Below, in pieces: positions 39,947 to 48,612 of a stretch of DNA of 64,000 bases. The notes below the pieces were generated by a model. The model was not told the origin of the DNA, did not search any database, and was given only the letters and a program-made list of their open reading frames with translations. The translations under genes were made by a program, and so were the position numbers. Position 1 is the stretch's first letter; the number at the start of each line of letters is the position of its first letter. The stretch is taken from NCBI GenBank assembly GCA_902168245.1, contig CABHPA010000085.1, forward strand, positions 14,805-78,804, given 5' to 3'. The stretch comes from Candidatus Melainabacteria bacterium. GTDB lineage: Bacteria; Cyanobacteriota; Vampirovibrionia; Vampirovibrionales; Vampirovibrionaceae.

Positions 39947-40612
39947 ATGACCGACATGTTTCACAGTCTCTACAACCGAAGCACGGCCAGCATCGCACCA
40001 GCCATAGAGCAGGCCGACAAAGCGGGCGATAAAACCTTTTTAAACTGGCCCGCCAGCTACCTGGACGGCTTCCAGGCGTTCGATCCCGATCATTATAGGC
40101 TGGAAGTGTGCGGCCTGGTGGACAAGCCCCAAGCCTTCAGCCTGAAAGACTTGACCGGCTTTACACGCATCCAGCAGAACCGACGGCTGGTATTCGCCGA
40201 TGGTTATACCTTCAAGGCCACCTGGGAAGGATTTGTGGTGCATGAATTACTGCATCGGGTTTCCCCCCGGCCCGAAGCCAAGTTTCTCATCCAGACCAAC
40301 CTGGCAGGGCAGGTGGAATGCATTCCCCTGAAAGATTTATATACCCAGCGCGCGCTATTCAGCCTGAGGGTGGGTGGAAAAGCCCTTCCCGCAATTTATG
40401 GCGGGCCGCTCCGGTTGCTGGTGTTCGATCGATACGCGCACAAGGGGCTGGGCCAAATTACCCGACTGGAGCTGAGCGAAGAGGAAGCCCCAGGCTATTT
40501 CACCAGCAAGGGCTACCAGCCGGAAGCGCAAATTGAGCCGGGCGACTACTACGCCACCGATCTTCAAGCAATGCAAACTATTAAGACCCCAGGCGAAGTG
40601 ACTCAATGGTAG
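39947..40612 (+). CDS. Molybdopterin-binding oxidoreductase (sulfite-oxidase-fold Moco domain only)
   Basis: About 221 aa with Oxidored_molyb-like pattern (GLVDKPQAFSLKDL..., GGPLRLLV). Confidence 0.6.
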   Translation: MTDMFHSLYNRSTASIAPAIEQADKAGDKTFLNWPASYLDGFQAFDPDHYRLEVCGLVDKPQAFSLKDLTGFTRIQQNRRLVFADGYTFKATWEGFVVHELLHRVSPRPEAKFLIQTNLAGQVECIPLKDLYTQRALFSLRVGGKALPAIYGGPLRLLVFDRYAHKGLGQITRLELSEEEAPGYFTSKGYQPEAQIEPGDYYATDLQAMQTIKTPGEVTQW

Positions 40613-40804
40613 CCGGGAACTGAATCGAATTTCAGCCGTCCTGACTGACAAGGTATCCCCACAGAGGATGACTTGTTAACTTTTTTAACAATCGTTCAGA
40701 CTCTCAGAAACCTGTCATCCAGACTTGGTTTTATTGGGATAATAAGAGTAAAAGCCGGAAGGTCCGTTATTGAGACACCATCTTAAAAACAAGGCGCCCG
40801 CACG

Positions 40805-42097
40805 ATGAAAAATAATATTTCACCGCGAAACAGGCCGCTTACACTGGTAGTGGGAGTCGTTCTGGCTTCCGGGGTTTTGCTAGGACAAACATTACCGGCC
40901 TTGGCAATTGGCCCCATGGCCGCCAAAAACCAATGGCCCACCCGCGATTTTCTGCCACCCATCGCCAGCATTAACCCCAAGCTGCAAGACATTCAAAAAG
41001 CCAAAGCAGAAACGGATAACACCGTGGAAACCATCGCCTTTACTGCCGTCAGCAGCCCGGTTTTAAAAACCACCCCCAAAGTGGAGCGCCTGGCCACCGA
41101 CCTTAGCAGCCAGATTAAAAACGAGCAGTTGGAAGGCGTTCTGGAAATCCAGAAAAAGGTAGACTCTGCGGATCTCGAAGCCCTATGGAAGGCCACCGTG
41201 GAGAAAAACCCGGTCATTCGGTTCTCGCTGGAAAAGCTGGCGACGCCTGCCGACTTGCAAAGCAAGCAATCCAGCAAGTTCCTGAACAAGACCCTCAGCC
41301 TGCTGATTCAAGGCAGCACTATGGCCGCCACCATGATTCCCGGCGCCAATGCAGGGGTTGGCGCTTACCGCAACATGGGCACCATGGCCGTAGGCAACGC
41401 CCTGCAAAACCTGACCAGCGGCAAAACGCAGATGACTCCCGGCAGCCTTTCCGCAACCGAGCAGATTCAATTGGCCGGGCTGATTGATGAACTGAAGATC
41501 AAGCTGATCCATAACTACCAGGATTATAAAAGCACCTTGCAGGCGCTGGCCGAAAGCCATGAGGGGACGCTGAAAAACAACAACCTGTATTCCAAGGCGC
41601 TTTCCTCCAAGAATGATTTGGCGGTTATGGCCGCCGGAACGGCCTACTATCAGGCGCTGATGACCGAAACCGCCCTTCGCCAGAAAGCAAAGCTGTACCG
41701 CTTGCAACTGGAGCGACTGGCCGGGACTGAAACCGTTAGCACCTTGCAACTGGCCGTCCAGGTTCCAGACAATGTGACCGCATCCAATACAGATACCATT
41801 AGCACACAAGCCAGCCTGTCGAGCGAATCGCCTATCGGGCCTGAATTACCCCCGGCAACAACAGGCAGGCCCGCCAGCGATACCGCCAAAACGGCATCCC
41901 CCATTGATGGCTTGCCGGAGGCGCTGGAAATTGGCCCCCATTTGAGCCAGGAGAACATGGAACCTGTTGGCCCTCCCATGCCCAAAAGCATAGCCAAACA
42001 AATGCAGCAAGCCGCCACAAAGGCAAAAGCGGCATCAACCCGCAATGTGCCTGCCCCTATTCCGGACAAGATTCTGGGACATAAGGAGAACCCATAA
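40805..42097 (+). CDS. Secreted hypothetical protein (paralog A)
   Basis: Signal peptide; shares motifs with the next gene (LEALWKATVEKNPVIRFSLEKL vs IGMLWEAAVERSGTIRYAIEKL; IHNYQDYKSTLQALAES vs ITLYYNYRHAKERLTLAQEA). Confidence 0.5.
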   Translation: MKNNISPRNRPLTLVVGVVLASGVLLGQTLPALAIGPMAAKNQWPTRDFLPPIASINPKLQDIQKAKAETDNTVETIAFTAVSSPVLKTTPKVERLATDLSSQIKNEQLEGVLEIQKKVDSADLEALWKATVEKNPVIRFSLEKLATPADLQSKQSSKFLNKTLSLLIQGSTMAATMIPGANAGVGAYRNMGTMAVGNALQNLTSGKTQMTPGSLSATEQIQLAGLIDELKIKLIHNYQDYKSTLQALAESHEGTLKNNNLYSKALSSKNDLAVMAAGTAYYQALMTETALRQKAKLYRLQLERLAGTETVSTLQLAVQVPDNVTASNTDTISTQASLSSESPIGPELPPATTGRPASDTAKTASPIDGLPEALEIGPHLSQENMEPVGPPMPKSIAKQMQQAATKAKAASTRNVPAPIPDKILGHKENP

Positions 42098-42099
42098 GC

Positions 42100-43065
42100 A
42101 TGTTGACCCGTCTGGCCCAGTTTCGCACCGCAACCCAGCCCACCTACCGATTGCTTGCCATGCTGGCGCTGGCAGGAAGCTTATGCGGCATTCAGCCCAT
42201 TAACGCCCATGCCGCAGCCAAAACAGGCAATACAAAAGCGTCCGCCCAAACCCAGCCCGCCAAATTAAACGCGTCCGCTACCAAGACGGCAATCCCGGTT
42301 TTGGATGAAGCCAGCCTGAAAGCGATTGAGGAAGCCTCTCGCAAGCTGGACCCCGAAACCCGAAACACCATGAACCGCCTGTCGGAAGCCCTTCACCAGG
42401 AAGACAAGGCCATATACAACGAACTGCGGGACGATGAGGAGTTATCGGTCACGGATATCGGGATGCTCTGGGAAGCTGCGGTCGAGCGCAGCGGCACCAT
42501 CCGCTACGCCATAGAAAAACTCTCTCGCAAGGATGCCACCGGAAAGCCCGTGGACAACGACAGTTTTTCCAAACGGGTCGTGCAAAACCTGGTGCATTTG
42601 GGCGGTGTGGCTGGCACCATGTGGACGGGTACGCCCGCCGGGCTGATTGGCTCCAACATGGTACAGAACATTATGAGCGGCAACCCGCAGGAATCCGCCC
42701 TAAGTCAGGTCACGGACGCCGATATGGTTATTCTGGCCAAAGAAGTGGAAGCGCTGCAATCGCAGCTCATCACGCTGTATTACAACTACCGTCACGCCAA
42801 AGAGCGGCTTACCCTGGCCCAGGAAGCCAGTTCCACTATCTCCAAGTACTATGACCATACCAGCCATATCGAAAACTCGACCGCCGAGGCGCTCCAACCA
42901 TTGATTCAATCTATTTACGAAAACAGCAAGCAAGATGAGCAGACAGCCCATCAAGCCTATAACAGCAGTAAATCGGCCCTAACCCTGGTGGTTGGCCCAG
43001 ATGCCGTAGCGGCCCTGGAGCAAGGCAATAAAACCGGCAGCAGTGCAAGCATTTCGGGAAGTTAG
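42100..43065 (+). CDS. Secreted hypothetical protein (paralog B)
   Basis: Signal peptide; paralogous to the 40805-42097 product; 2-nt intergenic gap. Confidence 0.5.
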   Translation: MLTRLAQFRTATQPTYRLLAMLALAGSLCGIQPINAHAAAKTGNTKASAQTQPAKLNASATKTAIPVLDEASLKAIEEASRKLDPETRNTMNRLSEALHQEDKAIYNELRDDEELSVTDIGMLWEAAVERSGTIRYAIEKLSRKDATGKPVDNDSFSKRVVQNLVHLGGVAGTMWTGTPAGLIGSNMVQNIMSGNPQESALSQVTDADMVILAKEVEALQSQLITLYYNYRHAKERLTLAQEASSTISKYYDHTSHIENSTAEALQPLIQSIYENSKQDEQTAHQAYNSSKSALTLVVGPDAVAALEQGNKTGSSASISGS

Positions 43066-43120
43066 CTTTACAGACAAGCGGCATGAACTGACCCTGCCGC
43101 TCAAAACACTTTAAACAAAA

Positions 43121-43154
43121 AGAGACACCGACGAAATCAGTGTCTCTTTTTTTA
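43121..43154. terminator. Bidirectional rho-independent terminator
   Basis: agagacac-N11-gtgtctct hairpin flanked by an A-run upstream and a T-run downstream. Sits between convergent genes (42100-43065 + and rpsP -). Confidence 0.7.
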
Positions 43155-43173
43155 AGATTGGATGGTTGGGCTT

Positions 43174-43488
43174 TTAAGCCTGGGCTGCTTTCGCTTTCTC
43201 AGCAGCTTTTCTGGAAAGGCGTTCTTTTTTCACCACTTCCAACACAATCAACTCGCCATTTTCATCGGCTTTGTTGATCAGGCGCATAGCGGTTTCGCTA
43301 GGCTGGGCACCTTTGCGGATCCATTCCAGAGCAGCTTTTTTGTCCAGCTTCAGTTGCTTGGACATGGGATTGTAGTATCCCAATTCCATCAAGGGAGCCC
43401 CATCGCGACGGTTACGGATATCCGTTACGACGATCCGGTAGAACGGGCTGTGCTTGCGACCCAGGCGCTTTAAGCGAATCTTAACCAT
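43174..43488 (-). CDS. rpsP: 30S ribosomal protein S16
   Basis: MVKIRLKRLGRKHSPFYRIVV N-terminus; Lys/Ala-rich C-terminal extension. Confidence 0.9.
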   Translation of the reverse strand: MVKIRLKRLGRKHSPFYRIVVTDIRNRRDGAPLMELGYYNPMSKQLKLDKKAALEWIRKGAQPSETAMRLINKADENGELIVLEVVKKERLSRKAAEKAKAAQA

Positions 43489-43557
43489 AAAAAGGGGAAT
43501 CTCCTTGATTTTTCAGATGGACACACTTGTAAGGTACTTTTGTAGCACAAACAATTT

Positions 43558-44040
43558 TTATTTCAAAGCAGCTTTTTTCTGGTTCCTCAGCGAATTCAGG
43601 AACACCAAGTTCCCAATTGCCACGTAAGTGAGGAACAGAATGGAAATGGAGTTGATCATCCAGGTGTGGTGCATGCCGTCGTTCACCCAGCCTGCTTTCC
43701 AGGCATGCCCATGCTCTGCGCAAATCAACCCGTAAATAGATAGCAGAAGCATATAGAAGGCCAAAAAACGAGGGGCCAAGCAAATAATGGCAACCGCGCC
43801 CAAAAACTCGGCAATGAGCAGAAGGCCGTAGCCACTCCAAACCACGTCCGCAGAACTGAAAGGGTTGTGCAACGCGCCAGACAAGGTCAGTGGAATTGCG
43901 TTCATCACCAGAAAGAATGTAGCCGGAATCATAATCGGCCAGAATTCCTTAAAAAACCAGTTCCAACGACCTTCCGGGCATGAAATGTCGAAATCGTGAT
44001 GAGCCTCGTGGCTCTCGTGATGATTAGGCATCTGTGACAT
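43558..44040 (-). CDS. DoxX-family-like membrane protein
   Basis: 160 aa, 4 predicted TM, His-rich N-terminus; family assignment by eye. Confidence 0.4.
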   Translation of the reverse strand: MSQMPNHHESHEAHHDFDISCPEGRWNWFFKEFWPIMIPATFFLVMNAIPLTLSGALHNPFSSADVVWSGYGLLLIAEFLGAVAIICLAPRFLAFYMLLLSIYGLICAEHGHAWKAGWVNDGMHHTWMINSISILFLTYVAIGNLVFLNSLRNQKKAALK

Positions 44041-44178
44041 GGCTGCTTCTCTCTCCTAGCTCTCTGCGATGATACCAAAGCTTGCAATCAATAATAACAG
44101 AGCGAAGTAGAAGAGAAAAAACCAGACGTTTTTAATAAAAAGCGAAATATCCTTACGTTCTTCCATTTCAGTCTCTTT

Positions 44179-44595
44179 CTATGGCTTTTTGGCGGCGGCT
44201 GGGCTGGGAAGCTGTTTGCAGGCAACCACAAACTGGCTCACCATGTCGCTCAACTTGTCATATTCCAGAGCGGATAACCAGTAGGCTTCCACTCGCCGCT
44301 TGTCCACGCTGGGCTTCAGCTTGGGCATGCGCTTGCCAATCAGGCGTTCCCGGCAGAATTTATTGCCTTCACGGTAATGGCAATCACCCATTCGGCAACC
44401 AACGGCAAAGGTGCCGCTTGCACCGTTCTTAAGCGCCGTTTCCAGCATAATGGGCTGAATTTGCCCGCTACAGGGTACTTGAATAATCTTTACCGTAGGG
44501 TTATCCAGCAGGTAGCCATTGTCATCCAGCTTGCCAGCGAAGTCCACGCTCCGCTCACAGACAATGCCGATTACTTTGTTATTCTCAGTGGTCAT
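44179..44595 (-). CDS. MvhD/FlpD-like hydrogenase iron-sulfur subunit family protein
   Basis: GCRMGDCHYREGN core motif and IQVPCSGQIQP segment characteristic of PF02662. Confidence 0.55.
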   Translation of the reverse strand: MTTENNKVIGIVCERSVDFAGKLDDNGYLLDNPTVKIIQVPCSGQIQPIMLETALKNGASGTFAVGCRMGDCHYREGNKFCRERLIGKRMPKLKPSVDKRRVEAYWLSALEYDKLSDMVSQFVVACKQLPSPAAAKKP

Positions 44596-44634
44596 GATTG
44601 CTTTTTTATCCTTCTTGTGAAGTTGAAGCTTATC

Positions 44635-45801
44635 TTATGTAGTTGAACTCAATAGCGAGGCTTCGATTTCAGCCAGCACGGAACTCGTCTCGCGACGGGG
44701 GATTTCAATCGCCTTGAAGGCGCAAGCCCCTACGCACAGACCACAGTTTGCGCAACGCCCCGCATCCACCACCGCAAGACGCTTGAAGCGTGTCCCATCA
44801 TTTCCGCGATCCACCATGGTAATCGCCTCATAAGGGCAATCCTGGTAACAAAGGGAACAGCCAGTACAATTCTCGCGAGTGACTTGTGCGAATTGGCCGC
44901 GTAATGCCTTCTTTTGCAGATAAGGCAAGACCAGCAAACCCACCGGCACAGCCAGCACCAGCAACAACACTGCGACAGGCGGCACATTTTGAGCAGCCAG
45001 GTATTGAGGCCAAGCGTACAGCAAGTCGAAATAAACTTCGGAAGATATGCTGCCCAGGCCATTCAGCAGCGGCGCGGCGCCCGCGTCATGCGCACCGTAA
45101 GGCAGTACGCCCAGGCCGATCGGAAACACAGAGGAAACGATGAACAAGCCGCCAGCCATCATCACCACCAAGGGCAACGGCGGTTCGGAAACCGGACGGG
45201 TAATCCGCAGGTAATGCAGCCACAACATGAACATCATAAACAGCGGAATGCCAAGGTGCAGGAACATAAAGCGGGTCAGCGTGTAATCGGAAACGACCTT
45301 GCCCGCCATCAGCGCTTCCGCAACTGGGGCGCCCACCACGGGCAAACTCTTCAGCAGGTTAAAGGTAATATTGGCCAAGGTAACGGCTTCCTGATCCCAG
45401 ATCATCAGGTACCCGGTCAAACCGATGATAAAGGTAATCGTCAACAGGATAACGCCGGTAATCCAGGGCAGAATCCGGTACTCGCGATAACGATCCGTAA
45501 ACCAGACCCGCAACATGTGCAGAATGACGAAAATCATCATGCCGTCGCTGGCATATCGGTGTATGCCGCGGAACAAGTTCCCGAAGGGCAGTTCATAGGT
45601 AATATAGTGAACAGAGGCGTATGCGTTAGCCAGCGTTGGCTGGTAGTACGCGAACAAAAGCAGACCGGACAAGAACAGCGCCCAGATGAAGAAATTGGGT
45701 AGCGCGCCATGATAATAAAATGGATTGTATCTCTGGGAGAAAAGGGTGTTCAGGCCTTTCTCAATCCATAAGGTCGCTTTCTGTAAGGGGTCGGTATACA
45801 C
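44635..45801 (-). CDS. Di-heme cytochrome b (N-terminal domain) fused to 2x[4Fe-4S] ferredoxin domain
   Basis: His81/His95 and His182/His196 at the canonical 14-residue spacings in helices B and D (GIHRY...ILHMLRVWF; FLHLG...WLHYL). C-terminal CTGCSLCYQDCP and CANCGLCVGACA motifs. Confidence 0.65.
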   Translation of the reverse strand: MYTDPLQKATLWIEKGLNTLFSQRYNPFYYHGALPNFFIWALFLSGLLLFAYYQPTLANAYASVHYITYELPFGNLFRGIHRYASDGMMIFVILHMLRVWFTDRYREYRILPWITGVILLTITFIIGLTGYLMIWDQEAVTLANITFNLLKSLPVVGAPVAEALMAGKVVSDYTLTRFMFLHLGIPLFMMFMLWLHYLRITRPVSEPPLPLVVMMAGGLFIVSSVFPIGLGVLPYGAHDAGAAPLLNGLGSISSEVYFDLLYAWPQYLAAQNVPPVAVLLLVLAVPVGLLVLPYLQKKALRGQFAQVTRENCTGCSLCYQDCPYEAITMVDRGNDGTRFKRLAVVDAGRCANCGLCVGACAFKAIEIPRRETSSVLAEIEASLLSSTT

Positions 45802-45823
45802 GGGCGGGCTCCTTTTAGCTCGT

Positions 45824-46138
45824 CTATTTCTTTAATTCCTGGTCATTCAAGCTGGTCGAGATGTCCTCTTGCGCGCCAAGCAAAATGTAGGACACGCTAA
45901 TCGCCAGAAGAACCCCGCCGATGGCCAAACTGTATTGCTTGATGCCAGGGAGAATTTTCGCTTGAAAATCAGCCAAGATGGCCCCAGGATCAGCCGCAGG
46001 ATTGGCCAGTTTCACCAATCCTTCCGCATTCCACATCATAATGGGGCCTAACAAAGCGGCAACGCCAATAAAGAAGGCTAACCATTCTCTCCAGGTAAGG
46101 CTGGCAATACACTTGATAACATTGTTTAAAGGCTTCAT
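45824..46138 (-). CDS. Small 2-TM membrane protein (operon accessory subunit)
   Basis: 104 aa; start overlaps the stop of the next upstream gene. Confidence 0.4.
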   Translation of the reverse strand: MKPLNNVIKCIASLTWREWLAFFIGVAALLGPIMMWNAEGLVKLANPAADPGAILADFQAKILPGIKQYSLAIGGVLLAISVSYILLGAQEDISTSLNDQELKK

Positions 46139-46458
46139 TAAAAATTTTCCTTTTGTTCAAGGACAGATCTCAGCAGAAATCGCTTTTTAATCATCCATTC
46201 AAAAAGCCGGATCGGTTTTTCAACACGCCCACGGCTTTTTTCCTGGACATAACTATCGTAGACCAACACAATCAAGACCTGGGCCAACAAGAACATTACC
46301 AATCCCCAAATTAACCCATTATTTAGCGTGGGAATCGAGGCAAATGCCTTGTAAGTTTGAAACCAAAGGGACATCAGGAAAGTAGCCGCCAGAAACAACG
46401 TCCACCACATCCCGCGGTTCAATGGCTTCGTCACTGAAGAATTGGCCTGGTCCGCCAT
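46138..46458 (-). CDS. Small 2-TM membrane protein (operon accessory subunit)
   Basis: 106 aa; start overlaps the cytochrome b stop at 46458. Confidence 0.4.
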   Translation of the reverse strand: MADQANSSVTKPLNRGMWWTLFLAATFLMSLWFQTYKAFASIPTLNNGLIWGLVMFLLAQVLIVLVYDSYVQEKSRGRVEKPIRLFEWMIKKRFLLRSVLEQKENF

Positions 46459-47969
46459 TAGGCAGGCGCTCCTTCCAGTTGCAGGGCGGCTTCGCGCTCA
46501 TCACGCTTACGGCGAGCCATCCAGAAGAGGAACCCGGCCACCAGCATTTGCAGAACGGAGAATCCGACCCACAGCATGCTCCAGTACAAGTTGGTGAAGT
46601 TAATACTGACCGCAGCGCCATGGAAAGTCGCTTCAAACCAGGCAATCAGGCTGTGACCGCCGAAAGCCCCGTTCAGTTTGGTGTTCTCAACAACCAGATG
46701 CCAGAAGAACAAGTACCAAGTGCTTATAACCAGATTAAAGAGTACCCAGACGGTCATGGGCAAACGTTGCTTGTACATCGTCCAGTGCCAGAACTGCCCA
46801 ATGGTGATCATGGAAATCAGGTGGGCGAACCAGTACGGCGGATCATTTTCGATGTTGGCCATGTTGGCGATAATCAGCAAGGAGAACACGATGAACTCCA
46901 TTGCGGCCATAATGCCAATCGTGGTGAAAATCGGGCGTTTCAGCCAGTGACGCTCGGAACCAAAATCCAGAAAGGTCAGCCCAATGGTCACAAAGGGAAT
47001 GCCCAGCGTCCACAGGGTTGCCCAGTAGGGATCCATGTACTTCAGCAATTGATAGAGAGCCAAGAAGTACCAGTCGGATAGAATCGGAAGAGGCGTTACC
47101 TCAGGGTTGGAACGAGTTCCGGATTCTGCCGGGAAAATAATAGCCGTGAAAACCAGCAAGGCAATAATCAGGAACATCACCGGCTTCTTGAGGTTAATCC
47201 GTTTCATCCGGTTCTTGTAGAAGTACAGCTCAGACAGCACCAGCAGAATCAAAGACAATGCAAAGTGCAGGGAGTAGAAACGAGTCATGGTCGCTTGACC
47301 AATGGAACTGCCGCCCATCAGGATTTGCGATGTACTAAAACCCTGGTGCGTCAGGTTACCGACCAGCTTAGTGCCAGCCCCAATAATGTTAGGAATCAGC
47401 CAGGAATTTTTATAGTGCGCAAAATCCCACGGCCAAGCCCAGTTGGCAGGGGTAATATCCAGGTACGTAGGGAACGTGGCGAATACCTTGGTCGCCCAAA
47501 AGGCCCGCTGGTTCCAGATCAACAGGTAGCCGCTCAAACCGGAATACATGGCGATAACCAGCAGCAGAATCCCCAGGATAAAGGTCAATTCGCCCTTGTT
47601 TTTGTATTCGGCGGTAAACCACATCCGATAAACCCGCAATGTGGCGGCAATAATCATGGCATCCCCACTGTATTTATGGAGACCGCGCAAAACCGAGCCT
47701 AAAGGATGGTGAGACAAGAGATCAACGGAGTTGAACGCCTGGGCGGTGGTTGGCAGGTACAACGCCACCAGCACAATGCCGGTAAACAACACCAACATCC
47801 AGGCCAGGTAATACATACCACCCAGTTGATACCAGGGCGATTCAGCCTGTAAATCCGCCTTGGTTTCATCAAACAGGTCAATCTTTTGGACACGCTCCTT
47901 GACCCATTGAAACCCCTGAGCAGGCAAGGCTTTCACATCAAACGAATTCGTAGCAGTCATTCTAAGCAA
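46458..47969 (-). CDS. Cytochrome b of a bc-type complex (full-length b + subunit-IV-like domain, C-terminal extension)
   Basis: Cyt b helix B/D motifs (LRGLHKYSGDAM, TRFYSLHFAL) and a PEWY-region variant (SDWY). 8-nt overlap with the Rieske gene. Confidence 0.7.
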   Translation of the reverse strand: MLRMTATNSFDVKALPAQGFQWVKERVQKIDLFDETKADLQAESPWYQLGGMYYLAWMLVLFTGIVLVALYLPTTAQAFNSVDLLSHHPLGSVLRGLHKYSGDAMIIAATLRVYRMWFTAEYKNKGELTFILGILLLVIAMYSGLSGYLLIWNQRAFWATKVFATFPTYLDITPANWAWPWDFAHYKNSWLIPNIIGAGTKLVGNLTHQGFSTSQILMGGSSIGQATMTRFYSLHFALSLILLVLSELYFYKNRMKRINLKKPVMFLIIALLVFTAIIFPAESGTRSNPEVTPLPILSDWYFLALYQLLKYMDPYWATLWTLGIPFVTIGLTFLDFGSERHWLKRPIFTTIGIMAAMEFIVFSLLIIANMANIENDPPYWFAHLISMITIGQFWHWTMYKQRLPMTVWVLFNLVISTWYLFFWHLVVENTKLNGAFGGHSLIAWFEATFHGAAVSINFTNLYWSMLWVGFSVLQMLVAGFLFWMARRKRDEREAALQLEGAPA

Positions 47970-48612
47970 TCCCTCCCGCTTCTAACGCGGTAATGACCAA
48001 TGTAGCGTCTTTAATGTCGTAGGTAAACTGTCTTGGCGGACGGGGAGCCGGGCCGCTGACCACCTTGCCGGGAACGTTCTTGCCATTGACTTCCTGCGTT
48101 TGCAGCGGATCGTATACGCTCAAATGGCAGGGACAGGCAAACAGAGGGTTTTTGGCGGAAGGATAGTTGTAAGCAGCCGCCTCAGCAGGATCCGGCAAGA
48201 AGTTGAATACACAACCCATATGCGGGCAAATCCGGCTAACCACGATGAAATCCGGCTTGCCGTCCTTATCTTCCGGCAACCGAACCACAAAGCCTGGGAT
48301 CTTACTCGCCTGGAAGTGACGGAAAGTATATTCCTTGCTGCGTTGACTGAAAGTAAACGGCTGGAACGACCAAGGAGAGGGAAAGTCAGAGAGATTGAAG
48401 GTCACCTGCCGTTCCGCTTGAGGCATATCGGGAGGGGCCACCAAGCCAGACTTCCCTTGCCAGTCGGTCGGATTTCCGGAAACGTCCCAATCCGTAGTTT
48501 GCAACGGCCCCGAAGAGGGGCGAAGATAACGGAACAAGGGCGATACAAACAGCGCCAAAGCGCCAAGCACCGGGATGCTAACAATCAGCTTGAGAAAATC
48601 ACGTCTATTCAT
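47962..48612 (-). CDS. Rieske [2Fe-2S] iron-sulfur protein (Tat signal)
   Basis: RRDFLK twin-arginine motif; CPHMGC and CPCHLSVY boxes. Confidence 0.85.
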   Translation of the reverse strand: MNRRDFLKLIVSIPVLGALALFVSPLFRYLRPSSGPLQTTDWDVSGNPTDWQGKSGLVAPPDMPQAERQVTFNLSDFPSPWSFQPFTFSQRSKEYTFRHFQASKIPGFVVRLPEDKDGKPDFIVVSRICPHMGCVFNFLPDPAEAAAYNYPSAKNPLFACPCHLSVYDPLQTQEVNGKNVPGKVVSGPAPRPPRQFTYDIKDATLVITALEAGGIA

